Shown here piece by piece: positions 1 to 8,772 of a DNA stretch of 64,000 nt (within the stretch, counting starts at the first letter, position 1; every line of letters starts with the position of its first letter). The notes under the pieces were generated by a model. It saw only the letters and a list, made by a program, of their open reading frames with translations. It was not told the DNA's origin and did not search any database. The stretch is from an uncultured Planctomycetaceae bacterium (GTDB lineage: Bacteria; Planctomycetota; Planctomycetia; Planctomycetales; Planctomycetaceae), in contig CAWFAK010000017.1 of the NCBI GenBank assembly GCA_963813715.1, forward strand, positions 192,001 to 256,000, read 5' to 3'. The position numbers were made by a program, and so were the translations under genes.

Positions 1-383
1 CCTTGCAGGTCCGCGGCGTGGAGGCGTTGCAGGAGCCGGAGGTCGTCACGGCGCTCAACCTCACGCACGAACAACGGACGCAGCTGCGCTCGCTGTGCGG
101 ACCTCATCCGGGCCGACATCATGGGCCCGGCCGCGACGCGGATTCGGGACCCGTTTCTCCGCCGCGCGGCGTTTCCCTCGCCAATCACGACGGCAAGCAC
201 GGCGACACGCCCCCCTGGCGGGGACCCGGGCATCATCGCGAAGCGGACCTGTCGAAGGCGCTCGCACTGCTCAGTCCCGAGCAACTGGCCCGCTGGCAGG
301 AAATGACCGGACCTCGCTTCGCGGGCCTCAACGATCTATCCCATTCGCGGGGTCACGAGGGACCGCGCGACGATGTTCACTAG
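1..383 (+). CDS. C-terminal part of a His-rich Spy/CpxP-like (LTxxQ) periplasmic protein, 5' end outside the window
   Basis: LNLTHEQRTQLR and LLSPEQLARWQEMTG resemble LTxxQ helical motifs, with His/Gly-rich linkers; the frame is open to the window edge. Confidence 0.55.
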   Translation, partial: LQVRGVEALQEPEVVTALNLTHEQRTQLRSLCGPHPGRHHGPGRDADSGPVSPPRGVSLANHDGKHGDTPPWRGPGHHREADLSKALALLSPEQLARWQEMTGPRFAGLNDLSHSRGHEGPRDDVH

Positions 384-418
384 GCGAATTCACCCGCACT
401 ACCAACGGAGAGCACGTG

Positions 419-1118
419 ATGAATCCGATCGACGGCATTTTGAGCCGACGCAGCCTGTTGCGCGGCGCGGTGGCCTTGGGGGCTTCGACCCTGTTTGTTC
501 GCGGTGCCTACGCGGAGGAACTCGCCCAAACGCCGAGTCTGACTGAGGGACCGTTTTATCCACCCAAGCTGCCGCTCGACACCGATAATGATCTGCTCGT
601 GATCAACGACAACATTACGCCCGCCGTCGGCGAGGTGACTCATCTCACCGGGCGCATTCTCACTGCCGAGCGGCGAGCCGATGCGGAACGTCGTCGTCGA
701 AATCTGGCAGTGCGACGCGAAGGGCGTTTACATCGCCCAGGAGGACGGCGAAGGGAAGGACGCGAACTTCCAGGGGTTCGGCCGTTTTCTCACCAGCTCG
801 ACCGGCGAGTATTACTTCCGCACGATCAAGCCGGTCCCCTACCCCGGCCGCACGCCGCACATTCATGTGAAGATCAAGAAGGGGGACCGCGAGCTGCTCA
901 CCACGCAGTTCTTCATCAACGGTCACCCGCAGAATCGCAGCGACGGGATCTTTATGGGTGCCGGCGGGCCGTTGGAGCGGGAGCTGGTGCTCGTCGACTT
1001 CAAGCCGATCAAGGACTCGAAGATCGGCGAGCTGGCGGCCCGTATGGACGTTGTGCTCGGTCGCACGCCGGCAGAAGCCCCGCACGACGAACCGCGTCCG
1101 CGCCGAGGACGCCCCTAA
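419..1118 (+). CDS. Tat-exported intradiol ring-cleavage dioxygenase (protocatechuate 3,4-dioxygenase beta-like); frameshift near 670
   Basis: Twin-arginine signal SRRSLL and TEGPFYP in ORF 95..1159; VEIWQCDAKGVY and PYPGRTPHIH (Tyr,Tyr,His,His iron ligands) in ORF 681..1118; GGAG RBS before ATG 419. Confidence 0.85.
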
Positions 1119-1235
1119 ACTCTGCCAATTTGTCGTTATCTCTGCATCGCTCTCTCTGAGCTGAGTCAGCCCGTGACCAACTCGGGACCGCCTCGGAAAC
1201 CGAATATTCGCCGATCACTCGGAAGGAAACGCCTC

Positions 1236-3870
1236 ATGCGCCCTGCCTCGAAGTTTTTGCCCGTCGCCGTTGCGATCGGTCTGGCCGCCGTGGTTGCCCT
1301 CGCACAGCCGCCAGCCGAGCCGCGTGACGGCGGCCCGAAGGCATCGCCCGGTGCAGCTCCGGAAAAAGCAGCCCCGGACAAGGCGGCGGTCGACGCGCTG
1401 GTCGCTCGCATGATGGTGTTCGACAAGAACAAGGATGGCAAACTGACCCGCGACGAAATCGCCGACCCGCGGATGCAGCGGGCGTTCGACCGCGCGGACG
1501 CGAACCACGACGGAGTCGTCACGAAAGACGAGCTCACTGCGTGGGCGACAAAGGAGGCGGCGCAAGACGGCGGTCGTGACGGACAAGGTATGGGGCCTCC
1601 GGACGGCGGGCCCGGTGGGCCAGGTCCCGGTGGCTTTGGTGGGCCGGGTGGCCCCGGACGTCGCCGTGGTCCCGGCGGACGCGGTTTTGGCGGCTTCGGC
1701 GCGCGGACCAAGCCCGGCCAGCTGATGTCGCCGACGCTGATGGACACGCTCAAGCTGACCGATGAACAAAAGAAGCAAACCGCCGAACTGCAAAAGCACG
1801 TCGACGACGAGCTCGGCACAATCCTCACCGCGAAACAGAAGCAGCGACTCAAAGATCTGCAGTCGGGCGGTGGCGGCCCGGGCGGATTTGGCCCAGGCGG
1901 CCCCGGTGGATTTGGACAGGGTGGCCCGGGTGGTTTTGGACCGGGGCGTCGCGGTCGCGGCGGATCGGGTGGGCCTCCTGATGGTGGCCCCGGGAACGGC
2001 GGGCCGCCGGGCGATGGTCCGCCGGATCGCAGCCGGGGTGGTCAGGCTGGACCGGGAGGCCAGAATTCCGCACGCGATCGCGGCCCCGGCGGACCTCCGC
2101 CCGATGGAGGCGGCCCGCCGAACGATGATCGTCCTAACGCTGACCGCCGCGGCCCCGATGGACCTCCGGGTGATCGAGGCGATCGCGGCGCTGACCGTGG
2201 CCCCGGCGGACAACGGCCCGATGGTCCTCCTGGATTCGGTGGGCCGGGCGGCCCCGGTGGTCCGGGAGGTGGCTTCGGACGCGGGGGTGGATTCGGCGGC
2301 CCGGGTGGATTTGGTGTTGGCGGCGGTCCGCTCGGCCAAATTTTTTCGCCCACGGTCGTCGACGAATTGAACCTCAAGAGCGCAGCGAAAGCGGCTCGGC
2401 ACGCTGCAAAAAGAAGTCGACGGCAAACTTGCCCTCCTGCTCACCGATCACCAAAAGCAGCAGTTCAAGGAGATGACCCAGCGGAACGGTGGTCCTAATG
2501 GCGGCCGCCGCGGCGGACCCGGCTTCGGTGGTCCTGGGGGCGACGGGCCTCCCGAACGCGGGCCGGGACAGCCCGTGGTTGGCGCTCGTGACACCAATGG
2601 CGCGGGCGGCCCGCCGGCCGGCGAGCACTTGGCCTCGATCGGCCGTGCCGACGCTCAGCCCTCGGGCGCATTGGAAAACTGGCCGCAGTGGCGCGGCCCC
2701 GATTACGACGGCATCAGCCACGAAACGAATCTGCCGACAACGTGGAGCGAATCGTCGAACGTTGTTTGGAAGCTCGAGATGCCCGGCATGGGCGGCTCGA
2801 CGCCCGCCGTCTGGGACAAGCACATCTTTCTGACCAGTCAGGACGGCGACAATCTGGTCGTCGTCGCTGCCAGCACCGACGGCAAGCTGCTGTGGAAAAG
2901 GCCCATCGGCGCGAACCGGCCGATTCGCGGCGACGAAGGCAACGGTGCTTCCCCCTCGCCCAGCACGGACGGCAAACACGTCTTCGTCTTTGTCGGCTCG
3001 GGGCAACTCGCCTGCTTCGATTTCGGCGGCAATGAAATCTGGAAATTCAACGCGCAGGATCGCTACGGCCGCTTCCAGACGCAGCACGGCATGCACACGA
3101 CGCCGCTTCTGTATCAGGACCGGCTCTACATGCAACTGATTCACTCGGGCGGCGCGTGGGTGATCGCCCTCGATCCGGCCACCGGCAAAGAGATTTGGAA
3201 AGTTGCCCGCAAGAGTGACGGCTATGCCGAAAACGAGCACTCATACGCCTCGCCCTGCCTCTGGCATCGTGGGGCCGACGCTTACCTGATCACGCACGGC
3301 AACGACTATGCGATCGCTCACCGCCTGACCGACGGTTCCGAAATCTGGCGCGTCGGCGAATTGAATCCCAAAGACAACTATCGCCCCGACCTGCGTTTCG
3401 TCGCCTCCCCCGTCGCCAGCGCCGACCTGATCGTTGTCCCTACCGCCAAGAGCGGTGTCGTGGTCGGCGTACGGCCGGATGCCGCGGGAATCATCACGCC
3501 CGGCAACAGCGGCGAATTGTGGCGGATCGATCGCAACAGCCCGGACGTTCCCTCGCCGCTCATCGTCAACGGCCTGGTTTATTTGTGCCGCGAAACCGGC
3601 GTGCTGATGTGTGTCGACGGAAAGAACGGCAAGGTGCTTTACTCGCAGCGGACGCACACCGAACGGCACCGCGCCTCGCCCGTCTACGCCGACGGCAAGA
3701 TCTATCTCACCGCCCGCGACGGGACCGTGACCGTCATCAAGCCGGGGCCGACCTACACCGTGCTGGCGACCAACCGGTTGGAGGATCACTTCACCGCGTC
3801 CCCGGCGATCTCCCACGGGCGAATTTATTTCCGCGGCTTCGACACGCTCTACGCCATCGGAGCGAAGTAG
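1236..3870 (+). CDS. Secreted protein: EF-hand pair, Gly/Pro-rich low-complexity region with LTxxQ helices, C-terminal PQQ-like (BamB-type) beta-propeller; frameshift near 2385
   Basis: Signal peptide; EF-hands DKNKDGKLTRDE and DANHDGVVTKDE; NWPQWRGP...LPTTWSE...WK propeller start; the frames join as ...LNLKS/RKRLGTLQKEVDGKLALLLTDHQKQQFKEMTQ. Confidence 0.8.
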
Positions 3871-3973
3871 ACGCGACGCAGTCAGTGCGAAGCGATCAGG
3901 AGGAATCCATGAACGAGCAACAAAGTCCGAAATCGTCGGGCAGCACGCGTTACCCCGCGCGAAGCCGCTCCCC

Positions 3974-4993
3974 ATGTTCGCCACGGCCGTGTTGATCGCT
4001 GCGGCACTCTATGGAGCGACGCTGCTGCCGCCCACACCTGCCACGGCCGTTGTCGAGGACGAGTCGGCGCCGCACGCAGTGGCGGCCGCCAAAGCGTTCA
4101 TCGAGTCGCTTGATGAAAAACAGCGCGAGCACGCCGTCTACCAGTTCGGCAGCCCCGACAAATCGCGCTGGTCGAATTTGCCGGTCCGCATGGTTCCGCG
4201 GAACGGAGTCCGGCTGGGCGATTTGAACAAAACGCAACGGGGCCTGGCCCTGGAGGCCGTCGCTTCCGTGCTCAGCAAAGAGGGCTATCAAAAAATTGTC
4301 GACATCATGGACGGCGATCAACGCCTGGCCGACGAAGAGGGGCGCGGCGGACCTGACGGGATGTTCGGATCCGACTTGTATTACCTCGCCTTTTTCGGCA
4401 AGCCCTCCCCGACCGAGCCGTGGATGCTGCAGTTCGGCGGCCATCACCTCGGGCTCAACGTGACCGTGATCGGCAAGCATTTCGTGCTCACACCGACGCA
4501 TACCGGCGCACAGCCGACGCTGTTCGAGCGCAACGGCAAACAAGTCCGGCCGCTCGGCGTAGAGAACGACGCGGCCTTCAAGTTGGTCAACGCTCTCGAC
4601 GAGAAGCAGAAGGCGCAAGCAATCATCGGCACGCGGGCTCGAGGCGAGTTGCTGCTTGGCCCGGGACGTGACGGCCGCAAAATCAGCCCGCAGGGAGTCA
4701 AAGGTTCCGCTCTCACCGACGACCAGCAGCGGCTACTACTCAACGTGATTGCCGCGTGGGTGAACATCGTCGACCCCGAGGCGGCCGCCGCCCGCATGAC
4801 GGAGATCCGGGGCAAGATCGGCGAAACGTACTTTGCGTGGAGCGGCCCGACGAAAGAGGGAAGCGCGGCCTACTTTCGCATTCAGGGTCCCGCCATTGTG
4901 ATCGAATACGCGCCCCAGCGGGGCACCGGCCACGTCCACACGGTGGTTCGTAATCCGAACGACGATTACGGAGTCGCGTTCTTGCCGCGTTAA
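3974..4993 (+). CDS. DUF3500 family secreted protein (true start may be ATG 3909 with a frameshift)
   Basis: WSNLP...RNGVRLGDL, YYLAFFGKPS...WMLQFGGHHLGLN, YFRIQGP..VIEY, HVHTVVRNPNDDYG; strong GAGGA RBS before ATG 3909 in another frame. Confidence 0.85.
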   Translation: MFATAVLIAAALYGATLLPPTPATAVVEDESAPHAVAAAKAFIESLDEKQREHAVYQFGSPDKSRWSNLPVRMVPRNGVRLGDLNKTQRGLALEAVASVLSKEGYQKIVDIMDGDQRLADEEGRGGPDGMFGSDLYYLAFFGKPSPTEPWMLQFGGHHLGLNVTVIGKHFVLTPTHTGAQPTLFERNGKQVRPLGVENDAAFKLVNALDEKQKAQAIIGTRARGELLLGPGRDGRKISPQGVKGSALTDDQQRLLLNVIAAWVNIVDPEAAAARMTEIRGKIGETYFAWSGPTKEGSAAYFRIQGPAIVIEYAPQRGTGHVHTVVRNPNDDYGVAFLPR

Positions 4994-5073
4994 GACATCG
5001 GCAGCGACGAGTTGTTCGCCGAAGGTGTCAGCGCTGGTGCGTCTCGCATCCCATGCGTTGCCGCGGTCGGCCG

Positions 5074-5619
5074 TCAGACTTTTTTTCGCCGTCGATCGGT
5101 GGCGCGCACTGCCTTCCCGTCGGAAGCGTCGTGCACGCGGCTCCTTTGGCGGACAGACTGAAACGGCATCCCCGCCTTGAGTTCATAGCGCTCGGCACGC
5201 AGGAACCAGAAAGCGAGGCCCCCCGTGTTGTGGTAGCTGCCGGGCCGGTTCCGTCGACCGGAGATCTTGGCCCGAACGCCCAGCGACCCTTTGCGGCCCG
5301 TCCTCTGCCATCCGCGGCTCTCCATGATCATGCGAACCACGACTCCGACGACCTGCCGCAGGCGTTTTGTCCGTCGCGGATGCTTCGTCGCCAGGAACCG
5401 ATTGACGGGTTCGAGAGTTTCCAGCTCGCGCACGACCCCTGCGAGTGCCGGACGGTCGTGGTGGACTTCCGAGTCCTCCATGCGTTGCTGGCGGCGGCCA
5501 TCGTTGAAGAATTCGAGGACCTGGTCGAGCGGCTGCTCCGCGTCATCGAGCACGTCCGCGAATGTCCGGCCTTGCCGGTCCTCCTGAAAATCTTTGCGCG
5601 TGATGCGAGTCACTGGCAT
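5074..5619 (-). CDS. Conserved hypothetical protein, paralog A
   Basis: Highly similar to the gene at 6532..7399 (RKDF.EDRQGRTFADVL, HHDRPALAGVVRELE, HNTGGLAFWFLRAERY); start set at MPVTRIT by alignment. Confidence 0.8.
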   Translation of the reverse strand: MPVTRITRKDFQEDRQGRTFADVLDDAEQPLDQVLEFFNDGRRQQRMEDSEVHHDRPALAGVVRELETLEPVNRFLATKHPRRTKRLRQVVGVVVRMIMESRGWQRTGRKGSLGVRAKISGRRNRPGSYHNTGGLAFWFLRAERYELKAGMPFQSVRQRSRVHDASDGKAVRATDRRRKKV

Positions 5620-5671
5620 CGCCTCTCGTTGGCGTCCCTCGACGCTGGCGGACATTTCGTATCGAGTGATC

Positions 5672-5696
5672 TGCAATTACAAACTTTGCACTTGCA
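5672..5696. promoter_or_regulatory. Palindromic operator-like site upstream of paralog A
   Basis: TGCAATTACAAACTTTGCACTTGCA aligns with 7462..7486. Confidence 0.6.
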
Positions 5697-5909
5697 ACGT
5701 CATAACCGACATGTGATCGGAGAGCAAGGGGGAAAAGACGCTCAACGCTTCGCTCGAAGATCGGCGCCGCGAGCGATCAACTAACTTGAGTGCCGCTTGT
5801 CCCGGAGATGGCGGGGCCGCTCAGTCCCATGCATCCCGGTCGACGCGACAAGTTGAGCAGCAGAAAATCGAACATGGTCCGGCGGCGGGCTCGGCTCGTC
5901 TGAGTGCCA

Positions 5910-6164
5910 TTAGACACCAATGAGCCGCTTGTAGGTGACCAGGCACAGGCTCGCGCCGGCCAGGGCAAACACCAGCGCGAAGAAGCTCAACGACGCGCTC
6001 GATCCGTGACCAAACATTTGGGCGATAAACCCGCCGGCGATGGCGCCGGCCACGCCGACCCCGAGGGTCAGCAGCACCAATCCCTTTTCAGCGCCCGAAA
6101 TGAGATAGCTCATGATGTAACCGCAGACGACCCCACACGTAATCCAAGCCACGATTCCCGCCAT
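5910..6164 (-). CDS. GlsB/YeaQ/YmgE family (transglycosylase-associated) small membrane protein
   Basis: MAGIVAWITCGVVCGYI...LGVGVAGAIAGGFIAQMFG...ALAGASLCL three-helix pattern. Confidence 0.75.
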   Translation of the reverse strand: MAGIVAWITCGVVCGYIMSYLISGAEKGLVLLTLGVGVAGAIAGGFIAQMFGHGSSASLSFFALVFALAGASLCLVTYKRLIGV

Positions 6165-6531
6165 TGTCGTTTTGCTCTCTAGTGCCGCGCAGGCACATTC
6201 AGTTGCGCGAGACTGTTCGGTCAATCGAAGTGCGTATTTCCTGCATCGCCCTCGCTCAGGCGTCAGGTCAACGCATGCGAGACACCAACCAGAAGCGTGA
6301 ACGAGGACGACGGCGGATCGATCGCATCGAATTCAGCGAAGGTCTCAGTTCGATTTGCGACTGTCGTTGACGGGGCGCCTCGCCTGGCGGCCGCGCTCAA
6401 TCCGCAAAGCCACGCAAGGCCGCGTTCCAGATTGCTCGGAACGGTGCTGTCAGCAGGCGATACGTGAGATAGCCGCAAGCCTCAATCCAGCTCCACATTT
6501 TTTGACTTTCGGCGGTCCCAGCCCGGCGCCG

Positions 6532-7399
6532 CTAGGCGGGGCCGCGCATCAGCCGCACATCGGGAATCGCCATCAACATTTTGATGAATGACGCGGGTGA
6601 CAACGGCGGATTGTAGGGAACGAGGAAATGGCAAAGAGACGACCCGTCATCCTCTGTCATCGGATCGAAGGTCTTGAACACGAAGGCCTGGCTGAGGCAA
6701 GTCAGCAGCCTTTTCGCGTTGTCCTTGCCATCGACGCGGACATGGCAGAAATCGCCTTCGGAACTAATCCAGACCCGAAAAGGCGTCATTGAATGCCTTT
6801 TTTTGCGCAAGGAGCCCGCGTCATCCCGACTCGAGGTTTCGCCGTTGCGGTGCTCTTTCTTGCTGCGACGCTTGATGGCCGGCGCTTGGTCCTCTTTACG
6901 GTCCGCATCGTGCGTGCGTCGCCGCTGCCGCACCGAGCGATAGGGCATGCCGGCCTCGCGCTCGATAGCGCTCGGCCCTTAGGAACCAAAAGGCCAGCCC
7001 GCCCGTATTGTGGTACGTGCCAGGTCGGGTCGTGCGCCCGGAAACGGTGGCACGCACTCCCAGCGACCCTTTGCGTCCCGTCTTGCGCCATCCCCGCCGT
7101 TCCATGATCATTCGCACGACGACGCCGACAACCTGTCGAAGACGTTTGGTGCGTCGAGGATGCTGCTTGCCGAGGAACTGATCCAGGGGCTTGAGCGATT
7201 CGAGCTCGCGGACGACGCCCGCCAAGGCGGGGCGATCGTGATGGATTTCCGACTCCTCCATGCGCCGCTGATGCTCCGCGTCGTTAAAGAATTCGAGGAC
7301 GAGATCCAAGGGCTGTTCCGGGTCGTTGAGCACGTCCGCGAAGGTGCGACCCTGCCGATCCTCAAGAAAGTCTTTGCGCGTGAACCGAATCTCGGGCAT
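6532..7399 (-). CDS. Conserved hypothetical protein, paralog B, with an extra ~85-aa C-terminal domain; frameshift near 6960
   Basis: ORF 6896..7408 matches paralog A up to AERY; the match continues (GMPYRSVRQR) in ORF 6532..6948, which reads on into MTPFRVWISSEG... Confidence 0.7.
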
Positions 7400-7461
7400 C
7401 GTCTGCACTCCTCAATTCATCCGGTCTAGCATGGAAATCCCAAAATTGCTCGTACGAATCT

Positions 7462-7486
7462 TGCACATACAATTATTGTATCTTCA
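7462..7486. promoter_or_regulatory. Palindromic operator-like site upstream of paralog B
   Basis: TGCACATACAATTATTGTATCTTCA, with a perfect TACAAT-T-ATTGTA core at 7468..7480. Confidence 0.6.
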
Positions 7487-7638
7487 ATCGGCAGTTTCTG
7501 CAAGACAATTCAGTGTTTCTCTCAGGCAAGTCCGCGCAGCGAGCGCCGACTCGCCTTTGTTTTCACTGCCTTGAGTGCTATAGTTCGAAGAGTGATTTCC
7601 ACTCTGTGTTGCCCCTTGGATCGCGCTCAGGCCGAATC

Positions 7639-7676
7639 GGTCTTCTGAAACGCAGGGGGTCTTTTGAAACGCAGGG
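7639..7676 (+). repeat. 19-bp tandem direct repeat, two copies
   Basis: GGTCTTCTGAAACGCAGGG / GGTCTTTTGAAACGCAGGG, one mismatch. Confidence 0.9.
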
Positions 7677-7726
7677 CGCGTTTCTTGCATCTGGTCCTGC
7701 GACCCTCTCTTTCTGCGGGACTGCGA

Positions 7727-7909
7727 ATGACCTTTCACGAGCTGGGGCTTTCCGATCCTCTGCTTCGCGCCATCGCCGCCGAAGATCATGTTCTCCCCAC
7801 ACCCGCCGAACGGACTGCGGATCGCGTGGTGAGGGAATTGCCAAAGCGGCAATGCATGGGCAGCGCAGGGACGACAACAGAGGGCGATCCGCCGAGCGAA
7901 CGACCTTAA
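7727..7909 (+). pseudogene. DEAD-box RNA helicase N-terminal (Q-motif) fragment
   Basis: MTFHELGLSDPLLRAIAAEDHVLPTP matches the helicase start F.xLGL...LL.AI...PTP; no Walker A or DEAD motif follows; stop after 60 aa. Confidence 0.65.
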
Positions 7910-8165
7910 CCGAAAGTCAGGTGACTTATTGCCAGACAAAGAAACACGGTCGCAAAACGCCAGCGCGAAAATGACAAACGTCGCAAGGCCGAAGATAAGC
8001 GTGCCAAGCGCGCGGCCAGAAAAGAGCCATCCCTGAACGAGCCTCCCGCAACGGGCGTTCCGGAACTGCCGTCGCGAGACGATTCGACGCGGATTGCGTG
8101 AGAGTCCGGCTTGCTTCAAAACTCGCTTACACCGGAGAGCACCCATTCGCTCTTCCATCGATTTC

Positions 8166-8585
8166 ATGCAGATTTTCGTCGGTCTCAAAGAACACGAGCT
8201 GACCACGACGGCCGTCGAGATGTGGAGCGAAGTCTTCACCGCCTGGGCTGGCCTGCACGGTCGAACCGACGACGATTCGGCCCAGCAGCTGGTCGAATAC
8301 GAAGAATTCCTCCGCGCATCGATCTGGCACCTGAAACAAGTCAGAGCCGAGCCGCGCGGCGACTTGGCGGCGGCGCGAGAAGGGAAACGCGCCGAAGCAA
8401 TCTTGACCGGCATCTTCAAGCACGTCGCGCACTCGGTCGTACTCGCGGAGCGCAAGATTGCTGACGGCAAAATGCCGCGCGGCAAGGATTCGGCCGTGCT
8501 CGGCCGCGATAAATTGGTGCGGTTGCTCGACGATGACGTGTCGTTGCTCGATGAGGCGATTGCACGCGAACACGCGGCCCCATGA
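8166..8585 (+). CDS. Hypothetical alpha-helical protein
   Basis: Coding-like composition, GGAGAG upstream, no recognised motif. Confidence 0.6.
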   Translation: MQIFVGLKEHELTTTAVEMWSEVFTAWAGLHGRTDDDSAQQLVEYEEFLRASIWHLKQVRAEPRGDLAAAREGKRAEAILTGIFKHVAHSVVLAERKIADGKMPRGKDSAVLGRDKLVRLLDDDVSLLDEAIAREHAAP

Positions 8586-8772
8586 TCGGCGCCGGAAGCG
8601 CGATCGAAGAGGCATTTGACCGGCTCACCCAAGAGCATTTCGTGTAAGCTGTCTTTGTCTGGCGATGGGCGCCATTCTCCCCGCGTCCCCGCCGATGCTT
8701 CGCGACCACGCTCCCCCTTCGCAGGGCGCGGCAAGCCGAGCAGCAAAGGGACCCGACTTGTTTGATCGTGAC

